A DNA stretch of 64,000 nt from Dipteris shenzhenensis (GCA_047967505.1 CM106538.1); one strand, 5' to 3'; positions 24,236-37,687 are shown, counted from the stretch's first letter. A program made the numbers and translations. Notes: generated from the letters alone by a model not told the origin.

Positions 24236-26097
24236 TATGATACTCCCTTGGTCTCTTTCCAATTTTATAATATGTTCAAACCTCTAGGAGGACAAGTGGA
24301 GGGTTGGCACAAGGAATCTTGCCACCTCATCCTACTTTTCCCATTATTTAACTAGCTCTCTTGGTCCTTCTATACCTCCCCCACATGGGCCTATCCCATA
24401 TGGAGGGAATAACTCAATATAATATCTATCTCCACCTATTTTATATTGCTTCTCCCATGGACTTTGAGCCATATCTCACTAAATGTAGCCTAGGTGGAAG
24501 GGTGGCACATGGAGGAGCCATGCCACCTTGCATTTTATAATATTACTATCATGGATTATGTACAACACACCTTATGGGTCCTCTTACATGGAAGGGTGGC
24601 ACATGGTCGTGCCTTGCCACCTCAACCTTGGGCCCTATGCACACCATATTTTATTATACTATTGCCACATATACAAACACACATACATATTAATGCCTTT
24701 TTCCTTAGATAATTTTATCCATAACAGTTCCCCCCCCAGGCAGGGAATGCACAACATTTCCATGCCTAGGACCATCACACACAAAGAAAGGCTTGAGGTA
24801 ACACTTGTTGATCACCTTCTTGCCATATGGTTCATGCAGCTCCTGAACTTGTACAGACCCATTGCTACGTTCTTTGATGACTTTGTATGGACCAGCCCAC
24901 AGTGATAGAAACTTCTTATCCATTTGGTGGTCCAATCTGTTATCAAAGCATAGCACAACATCCCCCTCAGCAAAGTGTCTTTCCCATCCCTTGCGAATCT
25001 TAGCATCCAATTGGGCCTTTTGTCGATTCTTTTGGATCTCTGTTTGGTGTAGTGCAAGGCGTCGGAGTCTCATCTAACTTCTCAAGTTATACCAATCTGG
25101 CCTCTACATGTTCATCTTCTGTCATCCTCTGTTCCTGTGCCAATCTCAAGGCCGGAATCTCTATCTCTAGTGGTAAAACTACCTCAGTACCATACACCAA
25201 CTCAAAAGGAGTGTGACCTGTAGATGTTTTATGAGTGATGTTGTAAGCCCACACTGCTTCAGTGACCTTCTGATCCCATTGGCTCCTGTTCCTTGCAGCC
25301 ATTTTTCCCATGGTTTTACAAAGGAGGCCATTGGTCCGCTCTGTTTGACCCATGGATGCTGGATAATAGATGCTAGAAGTGTGATGATCAATGCCCATGC
25401 GATCCATGAGTAACTCCACTGCTTCATTTAAGAATGGACTCCCATGGTCAGAGACTATCTCCATGGGTGTCCCAAACCTTGTGCAGATACGTTCAAATAT
25501 GAAATTTGAAACTGCCTTGCCATTTGCAGCAGAGAGGGCGATAGCTTCAGCCCACTTAGTGACATACTGAGTGGCTACCAAAAGATACTTCTTTTTGTGG
25601 GCAGTCTATGATACTCCCTTGGTCTCTTTCCAATTTTATAATATGTTCAAACCTCTAGGAGGACAAGTGGAGGGTTGGCACAATGAATCTTACCACCTCA
25701 TCCTACTTACCCCATTATTTAACTAGCTCTCTTGGTCCTTCTATACCTCCCCCACATGGGCCTATCCCATATGGAGGGAATAACTCAATATAATATCTAT
25801 CTCCACCTATTTTATATTGCTTCTCCCATGGACTTTGAGCCATATCTCACTAAATGTAGCCTAGGTGGAGGGGTGGCACATGGAGGAGCCATGCCACCTT
25901 GCATTTTATAATATTACTATCATGGATTATGTACAACACACCTTATGGGTCCTCTTACATGGAAGGGTGACACATGGTCGTGCCTTGCCACCTCAACCTT
26001 GGGCCCTATGCACACCATATTTTATTATACTATTGCCACATATACAAACACACATACATATTAATGCCTTTTTCCTTAGATAATTTTATCCATAACA
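24236..26097 (-). mobile_element. Gypsy derivative: two 491-bp LTRs flanking only the C-terminal part of an integrase
   Basis: Direct repeats 24236-24726 and 25607-26097; PPT at about 24727-24738; ORFs with ATQYVTKWAEA, IVSDHGSPF, GQTERTN, TPFELVYG, WAGPY; no PBS and no TSD. Confidence 0.88.
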
Positions 26098-29000
26098 GTA
26101 CACATGAATTAGAGGCAAAGGTATGGTATAGGAAAGAATTAAAGTAGCCACCCTAGGATGTGGACTACATGATGTGGAGATGTGGATCAAGGATATCCAC
26201 AAGGAGAGATGTGGATGAGAGGATCCCACAAGTGTTGACTATTCAAAGGGAACTCTCTATATAAGAGGCCTATCATGTACTCTTGAAGCACATTGGAATA
26301 CATTGAGTGTTTCATATTTCTTGTCTCTCTGCCCATGGCTTTTTGTATTTGGGTTGATCCTTGTGATCTTTATGCTCATTAAGTGATAGATTAGGCTAGT
26401 ACGATCCGCACTTTGTCATTGTATCAGGGCTTAGGTCTTGTCTCCTAGATTAGTTGTAGGCTTGCCTTAGGAGCACATGTTTTCTCCTAGGCTACTTTTA
26501 GTTTCTAGATTGAGATAATTCCATCCATGAGAGTTGAAGATTTCTGTTCATTGAGTGATAGCAAATTCCGTTCACTCTATCTCTTTCGATGAGAGAATTC
26601 TTCCTTGTTCGACTGAGAGAAAAGAACGCTTGCATGTTTTGCAGATTGGCCTCAATTCGATGGACTCACTGCGCAAATTTGCTCAAACTTTCAAGGCAAT
26701 AAATCTGCCTTTGAACATTTTGATGTAAGCAAACTATAGCCTCTCGTGGAAATAAAGGTCTGATCACAAAGACACGTTGAGTGGGCACCCATAGCCAGGC
26801 TCATCTGCCATAGCCACCAAGCTCCCTTTTCTTCACAAAATCCATCCATTATGCCTCTCCTTTTGCCTACGTCTCTCGGCTTCTTTAACATCTTCCAAAG
26901 ACTTAGCTGCGGCAAACTCCAGCTTCACAAAGCCTCAATGGCTCATTAGCAGCACGTCCGACCTGACTATCCCAGCAGTGGCAACGAGCAAGCAAGCAAC
27001 AGCTTCTACAGTGCTCCAACTCTACGCTAGCAATGGGAGACCTCTTTGCTACTCCACCTTCTTCCAACGACTAGCGACCAGCCAACTCATGCGGCCTCCA
27101 GTTTTGCAACACAGCGCTAAGCAACACAGATAGCAGCAAGCCTACAGTGCCTGCTGTCTGTGACCCAACAACTTGACGCTTCTTCAACAACCATTGGCAA
27201 CCTTCTACACAGTTGGTTCTTCCACTGTGCTTCCATAAGCGGCTCCCTCAGTGCTCCAATGAGCATAGCGCCTCCTAGAAACGGCTTAGCAAACAGCGCC
27301 TCCATCGACGTCCAAAGTCTCCTACAAGCACCACTCCTTCTACAGCCCGTGCACAGACTACTCTAGTGCTCCAAAGGCCAGCCCACTGCCATTCTATCGA
27401 CCAATGAGACTCCAGCGCCCAAGCTTTGCAACAGCAGCCAGCCCACGAGTAGCGACCTCTCTTCTCCAGATGCCTTCATCTACAACATCTCTCCAGAGCT
27501 CACGATGCTCCTACAAGCCTTCGACACCCAGACAGTTTTTCATAAGGCAGCGTCAACACCGACCTACAGCTACAAACACCTATGGCTCCCGTTCTCCAGC
27601 CGTCCAGCCGCCATCTACGATGACCACCTGTAGGAAGCTCTAGCTCTGCGCCTTCTCAGTCAGCCTTCTCAGCATCAGATGCGACGCTCCAAGCTCCTCC
27701 TGGCTCACGTAGCCTCCAATGACGTGTCTTCTCCATCAGTGACGGGTAGGCAGCATCTGATCTCTGCTAAGTCTGCTTTTTCCCAAGGTTCTAAAACCTT
27801 TGAAAAAAAAATATGTGGAAGATAAGGCTTTACCTTGGTTAAGTTTAGTAAACCTTGGTTAGCCAACGTGTGGTCACTGGTGTAAAAGGTTGGCCCCAAG
27901 TAACTAGGGGTTAGCAAAGAAGTAGCCACGTGGCACATAGGACCCAACTCTAGCCAACTCAACCCACCATAGTTAGGGTTAAGGTTAGCTAAATGTCACA
28001 TAAGCATGCACACTTAGCAGTGCCACCTAAGCACATAGTCCCTTTGTAAGTGTTGGTTCATAGATGGAGCAATGAGGCACAATGAACAAAACTTTATTCA
28101 TGAGTGGTTACATATATAGGCAACTGCCTCCATGTTGGTAGATCCCAGATCCACAATTATCTTCTTCATGATTATCTCAATCAGTCACCTCCTATGAGAT
28201 CACTCACACATCACACCAACCTGACATACCTAACTGCCAAGTCACTAGAACCTTCTAGCACACCTACACTCACACACTCCTTGCATAGGACTCCAAACCC
28301 ATAGGCACACACACACACATACATCAATTTGCCGTTCATTCCCCCCCACAAATTGATGACCTCATTCCTCAGTAGTAGTACATGGGATGCATAGCTTGCC
28401 CACCATCATGTGGCAACACACATGGCCCCAACCTATGACTCACTCTTAGGATTATTGGTTTACAACTGGGAGATCGACAATGACTATGTATGAAAGGCCC
28501 CATGAGTCCAACAAGGAAAAATCTCAAAAGACTAACAATCATTTAAGGATGGACTATCCATGGCAGAGAACCATTATTGACCTCACACACAACTTAGAAA
28601 ACATATGGGTCCTCACCCTTGTCAAAATTGACTTGGGTGTTGTAAGCAGTGAGAGCTTTAACATTCTCTGGTTCTTCTTCTTCTTCTTCTCTCTCTACTT
28701 CTTCAACAAGGTTGGTTGAACATCTCTTCTTTGCATAACATTCTTTTTCAAAGTGTCCAGGTTTTCCACAAAAGTTGCACTTCATTTTTCTCTTTCCCTT
28801 GAAGTTGCTTTTGGCCAAATATGCCCCTTCTTTGTAGTCACTTCTTTGATTGATCTTCCCTTCCTCTTCCAAGAGGGATGCTTCAATTTCCACCAGACTT
28901 ATCTCTGGTATATTGGTGAGTGTGGTGACAATAGTGCCATATTCTTCAGTTAGACTTCTAAGTAAGATGGCAATTACAATATCTTGATGCTAAGTAAGAT

Positions 29001-30236
29001 GGCAATTACAATATCTTCATCAAGATTAAACTTGATGCCAGATAACTGTGTCAATATGCTTTTCATTGAATTTAGATGTAAAGAGATGGATTCTCCTGTA
29101 TCTAATTTTAAATCAAAGAACTTGATAATAAGCAAGCTAAACTTAGAGCATCTCCCCTGTGCTCCAAAAACATGCTCAAGATGAGTCCATGCAACATGAG
29201 CAGTCTCACATCCATCAATGTGGTGGATAAAAGAATCACTCAAACCAAGAGCAATTATGGCTAGTGCTTTTTCATATTTAGGAAGCCATGAAGCTTCTCC
29301 TTCCCTAGTCGTAGGTTTAGTTTCTTTTCTGTTAGCCACCTTCCATATTCCCTTTTTCATGAGAATAAATTTCAGTTTGGTTTGCCAAGTGTGAAACCCC
29401 TCTCCTTCAAACTTATCTATTTTGAGTTTGGAGGCCATTTGGGAAGGTCTTACTAATTTAATGGCAGTGTCTAATCCCTTTACAAAAGATCAATCTTTCT
29501 GAACAAAGAAATCACTTCACCATATAGATGCAAATTGCAAGATAAGAATTCAAAAAATCCTAGTTGTTTGGCATATGCATAACCAATTGGCTTCTCCCAC
29601 AACCTCTTAACCGGGGTCTTCTTTACCTTGTACTTTGTCCTTGTAGTCTTCTTGACATTTGAAGAAGATTGAGAGCTTGACATGTTGTCAAGAAATCACA
29701 ATAAACTGAGTCGAAATAACATCTTGTGAACTAAAAAAGGAATCTTTGAATCTCTGATTTGAATTTTAACTCCTCAAGCATCAACTTAGCATTTAGTGTA
29801 GCATCAAACTTCAAAAATAGTCTAGAAATGCTTGCAGAAAATAGAGGAACCTTGGAGGATTTCTACCTCACTCCACATAGCATCAAGCAGAGGGCATTTT
29901 CTACACAATCAAAGGTACTTAGAAGTAGAAGACTTAGTGCAAGTCTCAGACCAAGTGAAGCTTCACACCACCAAGGGTAGTAGCATCTTCTCCAACTCCA
30001 AAAACCATGCCTTCTTCAAAACTTGACTGGTTTTTCTTTAATTTCTCCTCATTCCCATGACTATTTACCCTCAGATTTCACCAACAAGTAGCCCATAGAG
30101 TTGCCTAAGTACACGTGCCATGTGCACATGAATTAGAGGCAAAGGTATGGTATAGGAAAGAATTGAAGTAGACACCCTAGGATGTGGACTACATGATGTG
30201 GAGATGTGGATCAAGGATATCCATAAGGAGAGATGT
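26098..30236 (+). mobile_element. Degraded LTR-type element (partial LTR copies, degenerate PBS, long non-coding interior)
   Basis: 26098-26214 is repeated at about 30123-30236; ...ctttgtca is followed by PBS-like ttgtatcagggc at 26419-26430. Confidence 0.5.
28594..29438 (-). pseudogene. Copia-type gag (UBN2-like plus CCHC), gag only, frameshifted by a 32-bp tandem duplication
   Basis: KIDKFEGEGFHTWQTKLKFIL, CNFCGKPGHFEKEC; ctaagtaagatggcaattacaatatctt at both 28958 and 28990. Confidence 0.85.
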
Positions 30237-31053
30237 TTGTTTTCCTTTGCTTGATAGTTGTAGTGCATAGAGGTATGATGTTTTTGAAAATAAAATGTGA
30301 TGGAAGATGGATGTAATGCAATGATGTGAGTATTGAGGATCTTAGTTGTGATGAACCAGAGATTGAGCTTGAACCATGGATGAAGGCTTATGTGGAAAAA
30401 GCTCAGGCAAGAATCTCTATGTTGAGGGCCAAGATAGATGGTGGATTTTGGCAGGATGAAGGGGTTGAAGTGTTGGATGTTTCAGCAAAGAATGTGAGTG
30501 AAGGTGAAGCTCTCATTGCAGATAGAATCTTGATATTGCTATTATATTTTATGGAACATAGCATGCAAGTGGGAGCCAGGAGGGCCTAGAGTCTCTTGAT
30601 AAGTCTTTTTATATTAGATGGCAGTTCTACTCATTTTGTTTTTGATACAAGTTGATGAGATTTCCTTAGAGAACTTGAGCTAATGTAGCTGGTGAGCATG
30701 TGTTGTGTACTCTACAGCTGGGGGGAAATGTTACATAGTTTTTTAAATTTTTGCTAATTGAGGGTCTTTGCTAGTCCTAGTGACATGCATGCGGTTGTCG
30801 TATCACTGTTTCTTACTAGTGTGAGGTGCCTAATGAAAAGATTGAATAGCTTAAATTACTTTGGTTATAATGGTCTACATCTAGTATGCATGCATGTGCA
30901 TAATTAGACAAGTATAATAATGTGTACATTATACATTTATCACCCTAGCATACGTTGTATACACATTTGAATAATGTATAATATAACTAGATGAATCTAG
31001 GAATATGCCCAAACTCATCCTCTAAAAACACAACATATTTTAATAATACCTTC

Positions 31054-31900
31054 TGTGAAGAGAGTGGGAGAGAAGGAAGGAGTCTCACTTGCAGCTTTCT
31101 CACATACACAATGGGGAAATATACATAAAGGTGGAGGCTAAAAACAGTTTTCCTCTTCTTAGTTCTGAAAGCCAAAAAAACTCTAAGTACAAAAGAATAG
31201 GTGAACCCTATATGTGGGTCTCAAACCAAACTCAGCTAACTAAGGTGGCATACTAATTGAGCCACTAAGTAGAGTACATAAAGATAGCTGTCATCCAGCT
31301 ATTAATCATGGGCAGTGTACCAACTGCGTCTGTAGCTAACAAGTCGGTGACATAAATGCACAACGGTCACCTTGGCATATCACGAGTGGAGCTCGATATC
31401 TCAACACTCCCCCTCGAGCTCAATCCCAATTCCTACACATCAAGTAGATCTTTGAACTTGTGCAGCTTCTCTACACCCAATGCCTTCGTGAATATGTCAG
31501 CTACTTGATCCTCTGTGTTGAGATAAACTAGATCAATAAAACCTACTAGAACCTTCTCCCGCACATAGTGATAATGCACCTCAATATGCTTTGTTCTAGC
31601 ATGATAGACTGAGTTATTTGCCAAGTGTATACTATTCACGTTGTCACAATGAATGACAACTGGCCCATTTGTAGACTGATGCATACCATAAAGTAGCTTA
31701 TGCAACCAAGCTACCTCACATGCATCCATTGCTACACCCCTGTACTCAGCCTCTGTGCTTGACAAGGCAGCTGTAGGTTGTTTCTTGCTGCTCCAAGTGA
31801 CTGCAGCACTCCCAAAAGAGAACACATATCCACTAGTAGATCGTCTATCAAAAATACTACCAGCCCAATCAACATCAGTGTATCCATGCAACTGTATCTG
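31054..31900 (-). mobile_element. Copia family B 3' fragment (RNase H, PPT, 3' LTR 31054-31406)
   Basis: LTR matches 18726-19078; GYTDVDWAG...[16 protein letters not shown]. Confidence 0.92.
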
Positions 31901-33759
31901 ACAGTTAGCTAAACCGTGAGTAATAGGCCTCATTTTACTATGTCTCATTATGCTAAAGATAGTGAGCTACTAGAAAGCTCAGATCTATAGCAAGCAGTGT
32001 GCATCATTGTACCAATTTTCACATTGTAGCAAGGCTAAGATCTGCATGTGACTAAGAACTTGGATGGACTAATTGTGACTTGTAGCCTTCTAAAGTGTCT
32101 TAAATGCCACACTAATTCACTTCTATCCTTTAATACCCCCCCCCTCCTGAAATTTTTCTAAAATATTGTCTATCATCATGCATACATGCAAGTAGCTCTC
32201 TACTCCTCGGCCATGTTGGTTGTTCATTGTTGATCGGTTTATTACATGTGTTCTTTGCTGCCAAAATACATGGTTGGCTTTCTCTTCACTAGCATGATTG
32301 GGTGATTTAGCTTGCCCAATATTTGCTTATAGTGAACTTTATGTTGAATTACTATAAATTGGACAATGTATTGCTGATTGTTTGTGCAATCTATAGGTGT
32401 GTGCTCACAAAAAATTAAAAGAAGCAAGAATTCCAAGTAAAACCTAGTAGTGGAGAAATAATTGAGGTTCATGGAGAGTACAAAAGCCTAGACCTTGTTC
32501 TCTTATGACTTGTGTACGACTTGTGTATGATTTCCTAAGTAAGATTGTTGGCTCTTTCCTACTGCTTTCGTAGGAAGAGCTGGGTATTCTATGTTGCAGG
32601 GTTTCAAGGCTTTTTGTCACCTATAGATATATTGGGATTGTCAGTTGTAGTATATGTGTAGCTTAGGACCTCGAGTCCTATTCTGGTGAGAGACGTAGGC
32701 TTAAGTGTGGTAAGCAAACAAAGTGCAAGCATGTGTAAAAGGCACGTAAACCATCGTTGTTGGGGTAATGAAGGCTTTCGCCTTCATTGGGGGTTGTAGG
32801 GTTTAGGAGGAGTTTAAGGGTTCAGAAGGAGGTTCCAGGGTTTAGAAAGAGTTCAAGGGTTTAGAAAGAGTTCCAGGGTTCAGAAGGAGGTTCCAGGGTT
32901 TAGAAGGAGGTTTCAAGGTTTAGAAGGAGTCCAGGGTTAGAAGAAGGATCCAAGGTTCAGAGTAGAGTACATGGTGGAGAACTCGTCTCCCTCGTAGATC
33001 ATGGAGTTTAAGGGTTTAGGAAAGCATAGGAGTGGGAGAGGAAGAAGGTGTAAGAGCATGGGTGAAAGAAGAGAGAGGAGGAAGGAGAAGGAGGGAAGAG
33101 GAGGAGGGAGGGGGAGGAGGTAGGAGGAGGAGGAGGAGGGAGAAGGAGGAGGAGGAGGAGGGGGGAGGAGGAGGAGAAGGAGGAAGGAGAAGGAGGGAGG
33201 AGGAGAGGGAGAGGGTGGGTTGCAGGGTTGGAGGAGAGGGGAGAAGGGTTGCAAGGTTAGGACATGCTTTTGGACGTGCAGTGCAAGGAAGCATGGACAC
33301 TTGAGACAAATGCTTGGAATACCAAAGTAGACTCAACACAATGCCCCAAAGAGTGTGGGCTTCATTCCATTATGGGGTATTTATACAAGTTGGAGAGCTT
33401 CTCTCTCTGCATGTAACACAAAGTTGTTACACAAAGTTGTAACACAAAGTTGTGTCACAAAGTCGTAACACATTCTCTCTCTTCATGTAGACAAACTCGT
33501 AACACAAAGTTGTTACACAAAGTCGTAACACAAAGTTGTGTCTAGAAGTTCTAACACAAAGTTGTTACACAAAGTTATATCACAAAGTTGTATCACAAAG
33601 TTGTAACACCTTCTCTTTCTTCATAAGTTCATGTTGGCACAGAGTCAACATACTCCCGGATCCATTTTATTACCCGTCCTCGGGTTATGGCTTATTGCGA
33701 TCACGTACCTGGGTTGCCATGTTTTTAGTCCAGTGGCTGTGGAACTTGTGTCGTGCCAG

Positions 33760-36700
33760 TCAATCCTGCTGGAGAGCCTTAGCACCATACAATTTTTGCG
33801 CAGTTTCCAGGTAGCCTGTATCTACCATTTGCTCGAACAGAGATATGTGGCGTGCCTCCAAGAAGATCACTCTTTGATAGAGTCGGCTTGTAATTTGAGC
33901 ATCAATCCATTCATTGGGATTAAAGTTGAGTGGAGGCAAATGGGAATCAAGGTAACATGGGACCTCCAGAATTAATTCTAATGTTTTACAGAATATGGCA
34001 CTTTGGCGAAGGAAGCGATCAATGTTGCCGCGCATTGTTTGTTCATGCTGCTGAAGTGCTCGGATCATGGTGCCTTGGATATTCCATTCTACACCATAGT
34101 AGGGTTCGATCATTGGCCAATTAATGACTCGATCTTCAGCCAAAGTGTGTATGTTGGCTTCCCATTTTTTACGCCGTGGAACTGCGTAGAACTTGGGATG
34201 GGTTCTGAGACATGGAGGTGCCCGTAAGTACTCCTTTAAGAAGATTACATCAAAGAGCTTGGGACGGCGCCAATCAGGTTGTGGATCCAATTTGCTAATC
34301 CAACCTTTACTTATTTGATGCTGACGAAGGTTGGTAGGAAAGTTACCCAGGGTCCATCCACCGCGAGTTTTCATATCAGGATATTTGCTCCAAAATTCCT
34401 TGATGGGGTTACTGGGAAGTGGTATCTCATCAAAATCATACCCATCATTGGAACTTGGCATGGGTGTACGAATTGGATTATCCGGATCCTGATATTCAAA
34501 ATCAAATACTGCATCATTTTCTGCTGATGGAAGCACCAGAAGTGTCGGAGGTGATGACGGGGCCGGGAGAGAATCAGGGGACATGGGGGAGAAATATGGC
34601 TGAGTGATAGTGGCGGAAGGGGGAGCAGAGGGGAGGGGGGGAAGAAATGGGCAAATGGTTTGAGCAGCTTGGTAATCCTCAAGGGTAGGATTAGCAAGGG
34701 AGGGGAAAAAGCTAGGTGTGAGGGGCTCGTAAGTTTGTGACTGTTGGGTAAGTTGAAAATGGTGAGAGGCATGAGCAAAGAGATGATGGAGGGAATAGAT
34801 GTTAGGATGGAGCTCGGGGAAGGTTAAAAGGGTGGTAGCAGCAAGGGGAAGTGAGGTTATGATGTTGGCAGAAAGAGTGGTTAGATATGGGAAGTTGGAT
34901 GTGAGATAGGCCTTGTCATCTTCCGACACTTCTTTTTGCTGGTGCGATGGGATGATCAACTGCATGGGTTGGATGTCGGTTATGTCGTGCCGTGCAAATA
35001 TTAGGGATGGCCTTTGTAGCAATGGCAACAAACCTGCAATAACCCTGAGGGGAGGACTACCCATGAGGCAGACATATGCAATGAAAGCATCCGTCCTGAA
35101 TGTTATAAACCCGGCATGTGTAGACAGGCAGAAGATATTCTTCTCATCTTCAGACAAGTCTTGGCAAATTATGCGCAGGGTTTTAATCCCGACGGATCGT
35201 TTCCAGTTGATTGTTGGATGAGCAGATATGATCCTGACTTGGAGTTGCTTCCATTGGTGGATAAGCACGCGTGCGTTGAGGTGATCTTCCACTTGTAGAG
35301 CAGCCACAAGCTCTTCGTACACCACGGTTGTGCATTGTAGTGGGGTGTCATTGGTGTTGTCTTCCAATGCCTCATTGTTGTGCACTAGCAATTGGAGTTC
35401 AAGCTTGGAGATGGCTATTTTTTGGGAGTGCATCTCATTCATTTTTTCTTTGTACTGATGGTAGATGGTTATGTATGCCTCCTTAAGCTTTTTCATTTGC
35501 AAGGTGACCTTTGCCTGTTGAGGAATGTCTTCAGTGGTATTGGACCAGTGATCCAAGACCTGGGCTTGTGAAGTGCTGGCCTCTTGAATAGTAGCAAGTT
35601 GGTCTTTTAAGAGTCGGCATTCCCTTGTAAGCTCATCAATGCGAAAGGCACGTACTGCCAAAGATTGTTTCATGTCTTCAAGCTTGTCTTTGCAATCCTG
35701 GAGCTCTTCTTCTTTGTGAATGAGAGTGAGTCAAGCTTGTGCCACTACCTCTGTTTGTTGCGCATGTGCAGATGTCAGGGAGTTATAGGAGGTCTGTAGG
35801 ATTGCCATGGCTTCTACTGCCGTAGTCAGCTGTGTTTGACTTTGTTGGAGGTTGGAGGTCACATCCCTTACGGCCTTCTCTTGAGCTTGGAGAGCCTGGT
35901 TCATGTGCACTTCTTCTACCTCCTTCTCATCTATCTGTGCTCGAAGTGCCTTGACCTCTATGGCGATTACCTGGAATTGGTCTTCGATTTCTGATGCCGT
36001 CTGCCTTTCCAATTCTCTTGCATATGCTTCCTTAGCCAAGCTAGTGAAGAGTTCTGACATTTGGGTCATTTGGCTAGCTTGATGTTGGAGAATGACAGAC
36101 GGTGATGAGGTTTGGCGATATTGCTGATACAAGTGGTGCCCATGTAGCCATCCCGATGATTCTGTAGTACTTGGGGGAGGTTGTTCCAATGGCATTTCAG
36201 TCCCTTGTGTACAATAGTCATACTGCTGATCTGGCACTAGCTCTCCTTGGGGCTCATCGACTGGCATGGCGTCGATGGGCGGTTCGAGTGCTGATGTGGT
36301 CTCAAGCTCTGGTGCTAATCGTTCCTCAGGTTCGGGTGCCAACCTCAGGGGGGTCACTATGTATAAACCCTCAATATCACGTGCGTTCAAGGCCTATATT
36401 TAAAATCCCTTATCTGTAAAATTTTTCATTAATAAAATGTACCCCTTTTCTATATAAATCTGTAAATTTTTTCCAAAACTATTTAAAATAGTCCCTTATG
36501 TATATTTATTTCTGTAAATTTTAGAAATAAAAAATATCCTTTTGTTGAACTCACGTGATAGGGTTACATATGATGAGTGACCCCCCTGAGGTGCCAACCT
36601 TGTCTCGAGCTCGGGTTGGTGCTGTTGGTGGAGACTTAGTGGTTGCAGTTGTGCACCGAGCTGTAGCATTTCCTGGGGCAATTCCGCAATCCTGCTTTCC

Positions 36701-37687
36701 AGAATAGGTACTTCTGTTAAGGCATCTGTACTTATCAATGTGATAGCTGGAGCAGTTGATGACGGCTCCCATACTAGTGAGAAGGGTATGTCCAACTCCT
36801 CAATTGGCTTTGGAGACTGGCAGGGTCATTTCTCTTTCTTGTAGTTCTTTTTTGATGATTATAGCCAATAAGTGCGGAATTTTACATTTCTGGCCTGAAG
36901 AACCATCGAGTTTTTTGGTAAAGAAAATGACGAAGTGTTGGACCCAGTCTTGTTTTAGCTTCCTACTCAGCAAAACAAATGTGCGGAGTGGAAGGGAGCG
37001 TTCCTTGCCATTCTTTTTTCCCAGGATTGTGGATAGAAATTGTGCTGCTTCCTTGAGGCGAGGGTCAAGGATTGTGCGAAGCAATATGCCATCTCTATGG
37101 ATCAGGGTACCCTTGCTGAGGAGAGACTGTACTTCGATAAACTTTGCATCAGCAGACCGTTTAGGGTATTAGCCACCTTGTTTTGGCAGAGAGAAAGCCC
37201 TTTGAATGACCGTACTGTCGAGGATAATGTTCAGTGGGCTCTGCTGTACAGTGATTGTACCGTACTTGCCATCCGTTGCATTGCTGGAGTAGTAAGAGTG
37301 GAGAAAGTCCTTGATGTAGGTGGTCATGATAGGACTGTCCTCCAAGGATTTGAGGCTCTCATGCAAATTGCCTAGACCCCGTTGCTCTAGGTAAGATGTT
37401 GCTTCCTGGGAAAGAGCATAAGTCGATGTGGGTGGCCAGACAAGTTCCAATGATTGGGCCTTGTTAACGGTTGTGTAGGCCGGCTGTGACTGGGGTGGCA
37501 TTTGTTCTGCTTGGACATGCACTGAATCTTCTTCGGAGCTATCGCTTTGGACCACGAACACCTATGGTCTCCGTGGTTGAGAGGATGTAGATGGCTGTGA
37601 ACTCTGGAGGGGGTCCCGTGGTTGAGGCGGTGGGCTCTTTCTGCGCATCCTCTTTAGTTGCGGCATCTTTTCTGAACCTGCATCCAT
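33760..37687 (-). pseudogene. Extra 3' ORF of the gypsy element (env-like position), about 1,220 aa when reconstructed
   Basis: Segments 37687-36800 and 36795-33760 are each a single frame, interrupted by TAG/TAA/TGA codons and a 255-bp insertion. Confidence 0.75.
36345..36589. mobile_element. MITE-like TIR element (hAT- or Mutator-like)
   Basis: Imperfect ~45-bp TIRs TCAGGGGGGTCACT...ATCACGTG.GTTCAA, AT-rich core, flanking direct repeat GGTGCCAACC at 36335-36344 and 36590-36599. Confidence 0.85.

Noticed and set aside
30326-30720. Possible host-gene fragment (87-aa ORF and stop-interrupted continuation)
   Set aside because: No recognisable motif or splice structure; cannot be supported without a search
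33410-33610. ACACAAAGTTGTA arrays (also 47990-48225) as CRISPR-like repeats
   Set aside because: Head-to-tail minisatellite without unique spacers, inside eukaryotic LTRs
36394-36554. Apparent GT-AG intron in the gypsy extra ORF
   Set aside because: Splice phases are incompatible or introduce a stop; TIRs plus a flanking direct repeat explain it better as an inserted element
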